A stretch of DNA of 43,457 bases from a virus, in IMG/VR virus record IMGVR_UViG_3300002858_000001, positions 1 to 43,457 of that record; one strand, 5' to 3'. Below are positions 6,739 to 14,516 of this stretch, one piece after another (the first letter of the stretch is position 1; every line of letters begins with the position of its first letter). The notes under the pieces are model-generated. The model ran no database searches and was not told where the DNA came from. It saw only the letters and a list, made by a program, of their open reading frames with translations. The position numbers were made by a program, and so were the translations under genes.

Positions 6739-7379
6739 CCCGGAACGCAACCCATACCATGCACGGCCGCGCTGACCTGGACGAGATCGGCGCGGCCGAA
6801 TTGTACGAAACGCCAGTGGCCGCCACGCGGGCCCTTTGCCGGGCTGACCCGTGGTTGCGCGCCCAGCCGCGCATGATCTGGGACCCGGCCTGCGGCCCCG
6901 GCGCAATTGTGGAGGCGGTGCAGGCTGAGGGGCACAAGGCCAAGGCGTCAGACCTTTACAAGTACGAGGGGCGCTGGCGCGGCCAGCCGGGCACGCGGCG
7001 GCGCTGGGGCCATGACTTCCTGAAAGTGAACCCGGCGCACCGGGTCTTTGTTCACGACGCCATCATCATGAACCCGCCTTATTCGATCAAGGATGACTTT
7101 CTACTGAAGGCCATGGACGTCAGCCCGCGCGTTTATGCGCTGCTGGAGGTGACGTGGCTGCAGGGCGGCACGCCCGCCCGTGACGTGCTGCTGGATAGCC
7201 CGCACTGGATTGGTTTTTATCCGTTCCGTGAGCGGCTGAATGAGATGCACCGCGACGGCTTTGAAGGGCGCAAATCTGACCAGCCGCGCCGTCATGCGTG
7301 GTTTGTATTCGGAAGGATTGGAACGCCTGACGGGCCGAAGGTTCGCCGGTTGTCTTTGCAAGGAGGGGCGGATGCCTGA
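6735..7379 (+). CDS. DNA N6-adenine methyltransferase (small, orphan)
   Basis: Motif I-like DPACGPGAIVEAV and motif IV IIMNPPYS (NPPY). No adjacent endonuclease. Confidence 0.75.
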   Translation: MTRNATHTMHGRADLDEIGAAELYETPVAATRALCRADPWLRAQPRMIWDPACGPGAIVEAVQAEGHKAKASDLYKYEGRWRGQPGTRRRWGHDFLKVNPAHRVFVHDAIIMNPPYSIKDDFLLKAMDVSPRVYALLEVTWLQGGTPARDVLLDSPHWIGFYPFRERLNEMHRDGFEGRKSDQPRRHAWFVFGRIGTPDGPKVRRLSLQGGADA

Positions 7380-7959
7380 GCGCACATATCACGCATTGGA
7401 ATTTGAGCCGGGCAAGAGTGACCCAAACCGGCGCTGGGCGGTATCGATCAAGGAGCCCATGGCGGCGCTGATTGCCATGGGAAAAACCGCGCTGGTCTGC
7501 AAGTCAGCCCGGCCGCCATCTGACCTGATGGGCAAACGCATCGCCCTGCATGCTGGGGCCGGGCATGTCCCATATGGGCAGTTTACGGACCATGCGGCCG
7601 CGTGGGCCTTTGCGGCATTCGGCGCCGAATTGAAGGCGCTGCGCCACCTGCTGCCGCATGGCGGCATCATTGCCACGGTGAAGCTGGAGGCGGCCTTCCG
7701 CGTCGGCCGGGTAATTGATGGCCATGTGTGGGCCAATCCGAAGGGTCATTATTCGGTGTCCTATATGGGCACTTGGCATCGGCATGACGGCGCCCGCATC
7801 TTTGAGGTGGGCGAAACGACCGGCCGGTGGGTGTGGGCCCTGACCGAGCCGAAATTGTGCGCCAATCTGGTGCCGTTGCGCGGCTATGGCGGCGTGTTCG
7901 ATCTGGAAGGCGCCCAGCAGCTGGAAGCGCGCAACGCGGCCGGGCGGGGTGGCCAGTGA
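7372..7959 (+). CDS. Hypothetical protein, possible ASCH/PUA-like fold
   Basis: ATG at 7372 follows AGGAGGGG and overlaps the methylase stop. AVSIKEPMAALIAMGKTALVCKS resembles the ASCH N-terminus. The assignment is weak. Confidence 0.45.
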   Translation: MPERTYHALEFEPGKSDPNRRWAVSIKEPMAALIAMGKTALVCKSARPPSDLMGKRIALHAGAGHVPYGQFTDHAAAWAFAAFGAELKALRHLLPHGGIIATVKLEAAFRVGRVIDGHVWANPKGHYSVSYMGTWHRHDGARIFEVGETTGRWVWALTEPKLCANLVPLRGYGGVFDLEGAQQLEARNAAGRGGQ

Positions 7960-8336
7960 TCAACAAGACGATTGGCGCGAAACGCGCCGCGCGCGCCCTG
8001 CGTGTTCACAAGTTCCGCAAGGCTGGCATGGCCCGGCCCGAGATCTGCAGGAAAATGAATATCAGCCTGCGCATGCATCAGGATGCCGTGGCGCTGATCA
8101 AATCGCCCGGCGTGGCCGCCCTGAAAGAATACGCCAAGCCGAAGCCGAAGGCCGAGCCGGTCAAGCCCGCCCTGCGCGAGTGCCCTTACCATGTGGTGAG
8201 GGATGGCAAGGCGCAGGCCTGCGGCGCGCTGACCAAACATCAGTATTGCGATGCGCACCGGCCTGCTGTTGCGCCGCTGCCGAATGTGACCCGGCAGGTG
8301 AACCCGTTGCTGCCGGAACGCGGGGGGCGCCTGTGA
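7956..8336 (+). CDS. Hypothetical protein, possible HTH
   Basis: GTG start overlaps the upstream stop (GTGA). ARPEICRKMNISLRMHQDAV is HTH-like. The C-terminus contains a CPYH...C...C..H pattern. Confidence 0.45.
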   Translation: MINKTIGAKRAARALRVHKFRKAGMARPEICRKMNISLRMHQDAVALIKSPGVAALKEYAKPKPKAEPVKPALRECPYHVVRDGKAQACGALTKHQYCDAHRPAVAPLPNVTRQVNPLLPERGGRL

Positions 8337-8707
8337 TGCCCGCATGTGAGATTGAGCGCCGCGCGCGTGAGGCGCAGGCGGCCGTCACGTTTGGCGAGGT
8401 GGCGTGGGCGCTGGGCGTGCCCGGATCAAGCCGCGCCGGGTGGAACTGCCCGCGCTGCGGCGGCCAGAACACGCTGCAGGAAGACACGTCCACCGGCAGC
8501 GGGGCATGCGTTGCGGATGGCTGCAAGGCCAAGCCGGGCAAGCTGTTTCTGGTCATGGCGGTGCGCGGCGTTTCGTTCCTGGACGCGATTGCGTGGCTCG
8601 AAACCTACACCGCGCACGCCAAGCGCCCGGCCTATCAGCCAGACCTGAAGGCAGTGCAGAACTTCCCACCCCTGATGAAAGGAGACGGCCCGCATGGCCA
8701 AGAATAA
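8336..8707 (+). CDS. Zinc-finger protein (CHC2 primase-zinc-finger-like)
   Basis: TGATG overlap with the upstream gene. WNCPRCGGQNTLQ...GACVADGCKAKPGKLFLVMAVRGVSFLDAIAWL resembles the DnaG-type zinc-finger layout. No Toprim domain is present. Confidence 0.55.
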   Translation: MPACEIERRAREAQAAVTFGEVAWALGVPGSSRAGWNCPRCGGQNTLQEDTSTGSGACVADGCKAKPGKLFLVMAVRGVSFLDAIAWLETYTAHAKRPAYQPDLKAVQNFPPLMKGDGPHGQE

Positions 8708-9836
8708 AACAGCGGGCCGCCACGGCCTTACCTTCACGGCAGACGCTGCCGAACTGCAGAAAGTTCTAAGCCGGGTGCAAGCGGGGATTGTGCGCAAGGC
8801 ACAAATTCCAATCCTGCTAAACGTGCTGATCGAAGCCGACCCGGACCTTGGCGTCAGCTTCTACACCACGAACCTTGACCAGCAGGCTGAAACCGGGCTG
8901 GGCGCCGATGTGGCAGACGTGACGGCCGGGGGCGCCACTACGGTGGACGCGGCCATGCTTCACAATCTGGTTGGCAAGATGAAAGGCGAAGTCACCCTGT
9001 CGATGACGGGGGAGCACCGGCTGGGCATTTTCTGCGGCAAGGCCAAGGCCGAACTGCCCACCCTTCCGGCTACGGATTTTGTGAAGCTGGGCAGCATTGA
9101 TGACGCCGTGTCATTCGAGATTGCAGGCGGAATGCTGGCCAGCGGGCTGAATTCGGTGTCCCACGCGGTCAGCAGTGAGGAGACGCGCTATTATCTGAAT
9201 GGTGTGCTGATGGAGCACCGGGGCGGCCAGTTGCTGTTCACGGCCACCGATGGGCACCGGCTGGCACACATAGCAGTTACAGCCAGCGGCCATGAACTGG
9301 CGCCCTTCGAGCCCGTCATTGTGCCCCGCTGGGCGTTGGCGCCGCTTGTCAAGCTGGCCGGTCTGGGAACGGACCCGGTCGTGCTGTCAATCGGCCAATC
9401 CATGATGCAGTTGACGGCCGGGCGTGATGCCTTCCGCGTCAAGCTGGTGGACGGCACGTTTCCTGACTATGGCCGCGTGATCCCGAAACCGCCTTTCAAG
9501 TTCACGCAGACCGTGCCGGTGGCTGAAGCCCGCGAAGCGGTCAACCTTGCGATTGCGGCGACCACGGAGAAATCCAACGCAGTCAAGCTGACTGGCGCGG
9601 ATGGGAAGCTGACCGCCCATGTGCAGCAGGACGGCAAATGGGTGGAAGCGTTCATGGAGCACCCTGACATCGTGGACGCTGCGCCCATCGGTGTGAACGG
9701 CAAGTATCTGGTGGCCGCGCTGGACCGCGTCTCAAGTTCGGAAATCAGCCTGAATTACAGCGACGGGCAATCGCCCATGCTGCTGCAGCGTGAGGGCGAC
9801 GCCCTTGTTCAAGTCATCATGCCACTGAGGGTGTAA
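8694..9836 (+). CDS. dnaN: DNA polymerase III beta sliding clamp homologue
   Basis: 380 aa with the three-domain length expected. Motifs IPILLNVLIEA, EETRYYLNGVLMEH, LLFTATDGHRLAH and FPDYGRVIP are typical of DnaN. Confidence 0.85.
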   Translation: MAKNKTAGRHGLTFTADAAELQKVLSRVQAGIVRKAQIPILLNVLIEADPDLGVSFYTTNLDQQAETGLGADVADVTAGGATTVDAAMLHNLVGKMKGEVTLSMTGEHRLGIFCGKAKAELPTLPATDFVKLGSIDDAVSFEIAGGMLASGLNSVSHAVSSEETRYYLNGVLMEHRGGQLLFTATDGHRLAHIAVTASGHELAPFEPVIVPRWALAPLVKLAGLGTDPVVLSIGQSMMQLTAGRDAFRVKLVDGTFPDYGRVIPKPPFKFTQTVPVAEAREAVNLAIAATTEKSNAVKLTGADGKLTAHVQQDGKWVEAFMEHPDIVDAAPIGVNGKYLVAALDRVSSSEISLNYSDGQSPMLLQREGDALVQVIMPLRV

Positions 9837-9839
9837 GTC

Positions 9840-10190
9840 ATGACAGATCAAACCGAAACCGAAGCCGCCCCGGCCGCCGAGTCAGCCGCGCCTGGAAAAG
9901 TTCGCACGCTGGATGATCTGGTGGAATGGCTGGAGGGGGATGTGTTCACGGAAGCCGCGAAGGCCGAAGCGCCCACATTTGCGGCTGACCTGAAAGCGGC
10001 GATTGAGGGGATGCGCGAAGACTTCCGCGACGGGTGCTGCTTTTGCGACCCTCACGGCTTCGAGGATGACCCGCTGGGCGCTGCCTTGGCGCTTTCGGAT
10101 TATCTGCGCATGGAGTCGGCTGACACCACGCGGCGGGTTTGTGACGCGCTGATTTCTGGCCACACGTCAGACTTCAAGCTGATTTTCTGA
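9840..10190 (+). CDS. Hypothetical acidic protein
   Basis: 116-aa ORF tightly packed in the operon. No family recognised. Confidence 0.6.
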   Translation: MTDQTETEAAPAAESAAPGKVRTLDDLVEWLEGDVFTEAAKAEAPTFAADLKAAIEGMREDFRDGCCFCDPHGFEDDPLGAALALSDYLRMESADTTRRVCDALISGHTSDFKLIF

Positions 10191-10200
10191 GGGCCTGCGC

Positions 10201-10707
10201 ATGTGTGCATCAACATGGTTTGAACAGTATGCGGAAAGCCGCCCGGCCGACTTCGCCATCGGCCCGGTGGGCGAGCCCTATTTGCTGCGTTGGTATCTGA
10301 CCCCGCGCAGCGATCTGGGCGGCATATACCTGCACCGCTTCCTGCGCGATGATGACCCGCGCGCCTATCACGACCACCCGTGGGACAGTGTTTCCATTGT
10401 GCTGTCAGGCATGCTGCTGGAACGGCGCCCGCGTCTGGGCGACCGCTTCCTGATGCCGGGCGATATTGTGAAGCGCACCGCAGAAATGCAGCACCGGCTG
10501 GAAGTCATCGAGCCCGGTTACACCTTGTTCCAGTTCGGGCCGAAAGTGCGCGAGTGGGGTTTTCAGTGCCCGGAAGGCTGGCGCCACTGGACGCGGTACG
10601 TTGACGGGCTGGGCCGTGGGCAGGTGGGGATTGGCTGCGGCGAGTATGGTGACCCGGAAACTGAGGCCACGCCGCTGGGCGAGGAGCCAAAAGGGGGGCA
10701 CTCATGA
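10201..10707 (+). CDS. Hypothetical protein (HDHPW motif, cupin-like?)
   Basis: 168-aa ORF. YLHRFLRDDDPRAYHDHPWDSVSIVLSG. Function unknown. Confidence 0.6.
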   Translation: MCASTWFEQYAESRPADFAIGPVGEPYLLRWYLTPRSDLGGIYLHRFLRDDDPRAYHDHPWDSVSIVLSGMLLERRPRLGDRFLMPGDIVKRTAEMQHRLEVIEPGYTLFQFGPKVREWGFQCPEGWRHWTRYVDGLGRGQVGIGCGEYGDPETEATPLGEEPKGGHS

Positions 10708-11099
10708 CTGGGGCGATTGATAGCGGCCGGGGCTTTCTGTCAGGAACGCTTAGGGCTGACCATATCACGCAAGGCGGCATCCGCTTTATGGGTGACTGGG
10801 AGGCGCACCTGGAAAGGCAAAAGGCTTGGTCGCTGGCAACGTTCGGCCCGGAGCCGCGCTTGTCTGGTGTCATTGACCATTTGCGCCGGGAACTGATCGA
10901 ACTCGAAGCCGAGCCGCTTGATCTGGAAGAATGGGCGGACGTCATCCTGCTGGCCATGGATGGCGCATGGCGGGCCGGTCACGCGCCTGCGGAAGTGGTG
11001 GCAGCCGTCAAGGCGAAGCAGGCCAAGAATGAGGGCCGGACGTGGCCTGACTGGCGCACCGCAGACCCCGACAAGGCCATTGAGCACGTCAAAGGCTAA
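10704..11099 (+). CDS. DUF550/MazG-like dNTP pyrophosphohydrolase-like protein
   Basis: ATGA overlap with the upstream gene. HLRRELIELEAEPLDLEEWADVILLAMDGAWRAG...KAKQAKNEGRTWPDW resembles the phage dATP/dGTP pyrophosphohydrolase (DUF550) pattern. Confidence 0.5.
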   Translation: MTGAIDSGRGFLSGTLRADHITQGGIRFMGDWEAHLERQKAWSLATFGPEPRLSGVIDHLRRELIELEAEPLDLEEWADVILLAMDGAWRAGHAPAEVVAAVKAKQAKNEGRTWPDWRTADPDKAIEHVKG

Positions 11100-11147
11100 C
11101 ACCGCGCCGGGCGGCACCCGGCACAATCTGCATGCAGGGAGAATGAC

Positions 11148-11375
11148 ATGCTTAGCAATGACCAATTGAGGCAACAGGTGATTGAGCGCACCACGGAAGC
11201 GGCCAAGCGCGCCACCAGCCTGATTGATGACCTGACCGCTGCCATTGATGGCGTGGTGGACAGTGAGTTGGCGGCGGGCAAGCCATCGCTGCAAACGGTG
11301 CTCAAGAACTTCAAGTCGCAAGCCGAGGCCTACATGGCGAAGCATGCCGCGAAGCCGGAACCGGCCGCCGACTGA
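11148..11375 (+). CDS. Hypothetical small protein
   Basis: 75-aa ORF with SD AGGGAGA upstream. Confidence 0.55.
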   Translation: MLSNDQLRQQVIERTTEAAKRATSLIDDLTAAIDGVVDSELAAGKPSLQTVLKNFKSQAEAYMAKHAAKPEPAAD

Positions 11376-11438
11376 CGATTGCCAGACATGGCCCGCGCCG
11401 GGCGGCTTCCCGGCAGTTCCAACCAAGGAAAACACCAG

Positions 11439-11753
11439 ATGATGAGATCCAATATTGCCGCGCTGACCCTTGCCGGTCTGGCCTTGCTGGGCGGCTGCAC
11501 CGATGCGGCGCGCAGCAAGGCGGCCACGCGCATGGGCGGCGGCGTGGCCGACATTCAATGCTTCACGGGCGGCCTTGTATCCTACCAAGGCACCAGCACC
11601 GGCAAGGTGCTGGAAGATACGGCCGGGCAAGGCTGGTCATTCGTGGACTCGGCCACCGGGCGCCTGACTGAGATTTCAGGCGACTGCGTGATCCGCTACC
11701 GCAGCAAGAATGAACGGCCCTTGTTCCAGTTCCCACGCGGGCCGCAGGGCTGA
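11439..11753 (+). CDS. Lipoprotein (early-expressed)
   Basis: Internal ATG at 11439. Signal peptide with lipobox LALLGG-C. Confidence 0.6.
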   Translation: MMRSNIAALTLAGLALLGGCTDAARSKAATRMGGGVADIQCFTGGLVSYQGTSTGKVLEDTAGQGWSFVDSATGRLTEISGDCVIRYRSKNERPLFQFPRGPQG

Positions 11754-11754
11754 C

Positions 11755-11988
11755 ATGGGCAAGGCTGACGCCTTCCTGCGCCACTTGATGACCAAGGGCG
11801 TGCTGGATGCCGTGCGCGCGGGTGTGGCCGCCACGGTGGGCCCGTGCCCGCCACCGGCTGCGTTGCTGGTGCCCGGCGCGGGCCTGACCCTTGTGTCAGC
11901 GGCCGCCCTGGAGCGCGCTGGCGGCCCCGCCTGCCGGGGCGCAGACGGCACGCCACGGCAAGGGCGCAGGCAGATCAAGCCGCCTTAG
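11755..11988 (+). CDS. Hypothetical protein (weak call)
   Basis: ATG lies 1 nt after the upstream stop. Low-complexity Ala/Gly/Pro-rich product. Confidence 0.3.
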   Translation: MGKADAFLRHLMTKGVLDAVRAGVAATVGPCPPPAALLVPGAGLTLVSAAALERAGGPACRGADGTPRQGRRQIKPP

Positions 11989-12078
11989 TTCGGCGCGCCC
12001 ATCGCGGCGCAACCTGTCGTAACGCATTGAATTTATTGAACACGCGAGGCGTGATCGCTGGCGGCTTGCCTGCTGTCA

Positions 12079-12093
12079 GCGAACCCGGTTCGC
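12079..12093. repeat. Dispersed palindrome copy 2 (GCGAACCCGGTTCGC)
   Basis: Intergenic. Ends 20 nt before the ATG at 12114 of the replication-initiator-like gene, immediately before its SD. Confidence 0.9.
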
Positions 12094-12113
12094 CGGAAGG
12101 GGAGAAAAACCGC

Positions 12114-13130
12114 ATGTCAAGAGAAGCGGTAAACATCATCAAGGATTGTGTGCTGGAGTCGGGCGGCCGCCAGCAATTGCTGGAAGCCTTGGCGCACTAC
12201 ATGCACGAGGACACCGGGCTGGCGCGGGTATCGCTGACCAGTCTGGAGCCCATCACGCGGCTAAAGGAGCGCCGTCTGCGCCAGCTGCGCGACGAATTGC
12301 TGGCGCCTGACACCGGCCATGGATTGCTGCAGGAAGTGCAACCAGCCGCACGCGGACGAAAGCGCCGCGCGGACCCGGCCAGCGGGCTGGGCGTGTACTG
12401 GCTGAATTTGCGCAGGCTGGGCCCCGTGGCAGCGGCCGTGCGTGAGGCGCGCCGGGGCATCCATGCCGGGGCTGCGCGGGCCCTGAGTAAGTCAAAGCTG
12501 ATAGGCGCACCGGCCACATACGAAAACGCCCGGCGCGTCATCGAGGTGCTGCGCGATGCGGTGAAGGCCGAACACGAACAAGCGGTGTATCTGGAGCACA
12601 CCAAGCGAGCCAATGAACTGGCCGCGCGGGTCAGCGCGATTTCCGGCCAGCTTGATGTTCTGCAGGCCGTGGCCGAGGCCGATCTGGGCACCGAAAATGC
12701 GGCAATAATTGCCGGATTTAAACACGCTGAAACACGCCAGACTACGGAAGAAAGCGGCAATAATTGCCGAATTAATCCCGATAATTCGGCAACGGACGAC
12801 GTTAATTCGGCAATTTCGTGCAATTCCCCCTGCACCCCCTATAAGGAATTAACACCAAGGACTAACACCAAGGTGCGCGCAGGTGCGCGCGAGGCGGGTG
12901 TGGAATTTGAAGGGGGCGAAGGGCTGCTCCGGTCAGCCATCGAAACCGCCCAGCTGGGGGCAAGCGTGTGCCGCTGGCTGGAAGGGGTCACGGCCGTGGT
13001 GGAGGGCTCGGTGCTGGTGCTGCATGCGCCCGGCCGCCTGACCGCTGACCGCCTGCAGAACGAACTGGCCGGATCAATGGCCAAGCTGGTGCGTGCCCTG
13101 AATTTGGAAACCTACCGGGTGGAGGGCTGA
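12114..13130 (+). CDS. Putative replication initiator (lambda O-position) with internal iterons
   Basis: ATG at 12114 follows AAGGGGAG. The call is by position (after the immunity and modification genes) and by the AT-rich repeat cluster inside the gene. No family recognised by eye. Confidence 0.45.
   Translation: MSREAVNIIKDCVLESGGRQQLLEALAHYMHEDTGLARVSLTSLEPITRLKERRLRQLRDELLAPDTGHGLLQEVQPAARGRKRRADPASGLGVYWLNLRRLGPVAAAVREARRGIHAGAARALSKSKLIGAPATYENARRVIEVLRDAVKAEHEQAVYLEHTKRANELAARVSAISGQLDVLQAVAEADLGTENAAIIAGFKHAETRQTTEESGNNCRINPDNSATDDVNSAISCNSPCTPYKELTPRTNTKVRAGAREAGVEFEGGEGLLRSAIETAQLGASVCRWLEGVTAVVEGSVLVLHAPGRLTADRLQNELAGSMAKLVRALNLETYRVEG
12699..12826. repeat. Iteron-like repeat cluster, candidate origin of replication
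   Basis: GCGGCAATAATTGCCG at 12699..12714 and 12754..12769 is an exact 16-mer. TAATTCGGCAA occurs at 12782..12792 and 12803..12813, 21 bp apart. Inverted pair GCCGAATTA / TAATTCGGC. Further GCAATT(T/C)C units follow. The region is locally AT-rich. Confidence 0.55.
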
Positions 13131-13133
13131 TCG

Positions 13134-14120
13134 ATGACCAGACCACGCAAGCGCCCGACCCTGACCGCCCCGCTGGGGCCTGACGGCCGCAAGGCCTTGG
13201 CCGACCGGGTGCAGCAGATCAACCAGCGTGGGCAGGAAGCCCGGCAAAGGCTGGCTGACACAACGGGCCGCAAGCCCGGCCGCGCACCGGTGGGCCGCAT
13301 CGTGCAGCAGGCGCGCGGCATCGCCCGGCAGCTGGAAAACGCCGAGGCCCGTGTTGAGCAGCTGGCCGCACGCGGGGCCTATGCCGAAGCCGACCGCATG
13401 GGCCGCACGGTTCTGGAACTGCGCCGGAAGCTGCGCAGCGCCGAAGCCGCAGACCGCAAGGCCAAGGAACGGCGCGGCGCCCTGGACCGCTTTGCGCGGC
13501 TGGTCAGCCGGTCTGCCGTGCTGGATGACTGGCACATGGCCGTGGCCGACCGGTGGCTGTTCATGATTGGCCAAGCCGTTGATGGCCTGATGCAGCGGGC
13601 GGCCGAGCCCGATGCCAGCGCCACCGATGCCGAGCCCGGCCAGCGGCGTGATCCCGTGACCGGCAGGCGCCTGCCTGACCCGGTGGAAGGCCCGGCCATG
13701 TTCGTGCGGGGGCGGAGTGTTCTGGATCGCTGGGGCCATGCCGTGCCGGTGTCAGCTGTCAAGAAACACGGCCGCAAGGTGCCGCCCACCTTTGACCCGA
13801 AAGCGCCGAAGCCAGCCAAGCGGGCGCCGGGCGATGGTGTGCCCGACCGGGCACTGCGCACCCGTGACCACGCAGACCGGCTGACGCGGGCCTTCGCCAA
13901 GGGCGTGACCGAGGCGGGTCATCCTGCGTGGGCCGATTCGGCGGGGCAGCGGGTCATTCTGGGCAATGAGACCCTGACCGGGGCGCTTAAGGCGCTGGGC
14001 GTGGGCGTCACGTCAAAAAATCTGCAGACGGCGCAAACCGCAATGGCGGCGGGGCTTTGTGAGGTGGCGCGGGCGCTTGGCATGGGGCTGCCAGACGGGG
14101 GCGCGTTGACGGATCAATGA
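13134..14120 (+). CDS. Hypothetical basic protein (last early-right gene)
   Basis: 328-aa Arg-rich coiled-coil N-terminus. Possible C-terminal HTH (LTGALKALGVGVTSKNLQTAQTAM). Function unknown (replication accessory or late regulator?). Confidence 0.6.
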   Translation: MTRPRKRPTLTAPLGPDGRKALADRVQQINQRGQEARQRLADTTGRKPGRAPVGRIVQQARGIARQLENAEARVEQLAARGAYAEADRMGRTVLELRRKLRSAEAADRKAKERRGALDRFARLVSRSAVLDDWHMAVADRWLFMIGQAVDGLMQRAAEPDASATDAEPGQRRDPVTGRRLPDPVEGPAMFVRGRSVLDRWGHAVPVSAVKKHGRKVPPTFDPKAPKPAKRAPGDGVPDRALRTRDHADRLTRAFAKGVTEAGHPAWADSAGQRVILGNETLTGALKALGVGVTSKNLQTAQTAMAAGLCEVARALGMGLPDGGALTDQ

Positions 14121-14230
14121 AAACGGTGTCCCTTCGCCATGTTGCAGGAATGCGGCCGGGCCGGGGGCTTCCCGCCCCCATCATCCTGGAGGCTCGTCCG
14201 CACCCTGCACAATCCCTGAGCAAAGCGCAG

Positions 14231-14289
14231 ACCAGACGGCATGAACGGCCGGGCCGATTTTTCCAATTGTAGGCCCGGCGCCGTCTGGT
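14231..14289 (+). other. Bipartite long hairpin in the early/late non-coding junction
   Basis: Outer stem ACCAGACGGC (14231..14240) / GCCGTCTGGT (14280..14289). Inner stem GCCGGGCC (14248..14255) / GGCCCGGC (14272..14279). 16-nt AT-rich loop. Confidence 0.7.
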
Positions 14290-14322
14290 GTTCGCGGTTG
14301 TGAGGTGTTTCTCCCTTTGACT

Positions 14323-14362
14323 GCCCCGCCCGCCCTAACCCGGCAGGCGGGGCCTTTTTTTT
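14323..14362 (+). terminator. Rho-independent terminator
   Basis: GCCCCGCC (14323..14330) / GGCGGGGC (14346..14353) followed by C and T8. Confidence 0.8.
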
Positions 14363-14516
14363 AGCGCGCGCAGGCCTTCGCGGGTCCTGTCCAGCGTCTG
14401 CACCATGCGGGCAGGCGAAGCGCGCGATGTTTTTTTAGTATCGGCAGCCCCGGAAAGCCTTGCGCAAGTTGGCGCAGGTTGCGCCCCGGCAGCCCCAAAC
14501 GAACCGGGTTCGCTCC
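14363..14516 (+). other. Candidate cos / terminase-recognition region
   Basis: Non-coding stretch directly upstream of a Nu1-like terS and GpA-type terL, the position cos occupies in lambda. 10-bp direct repeat CGGCAGCCCC at 14442..14451 and 14487..14496. Palindrome TTGCGCAA. The cleavage site itself cannot be identified from sequence. Confidence 0.3.
14499..14513. repeat. Dispersed palindrome copy 3 (aCGAACCGGGTTCGC, 14/15)
   Basis: Ends 3 nt before the terS ATG at 14517, occupying the position of a Shine-Dalgarno sequence. Confidence 0.85.

Noticed and set aside
14231-14289. GCCGTCTG inside the hairpin resembles the Neisseria DNA uptake sequence.
   Set aside because: Only 8 nt match (GCCGTCTGgt versus GCCGTCTGAA). 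It occurs once per strand as part of a hairpin stem, and the base composition and gene content do not fit Neisseria.
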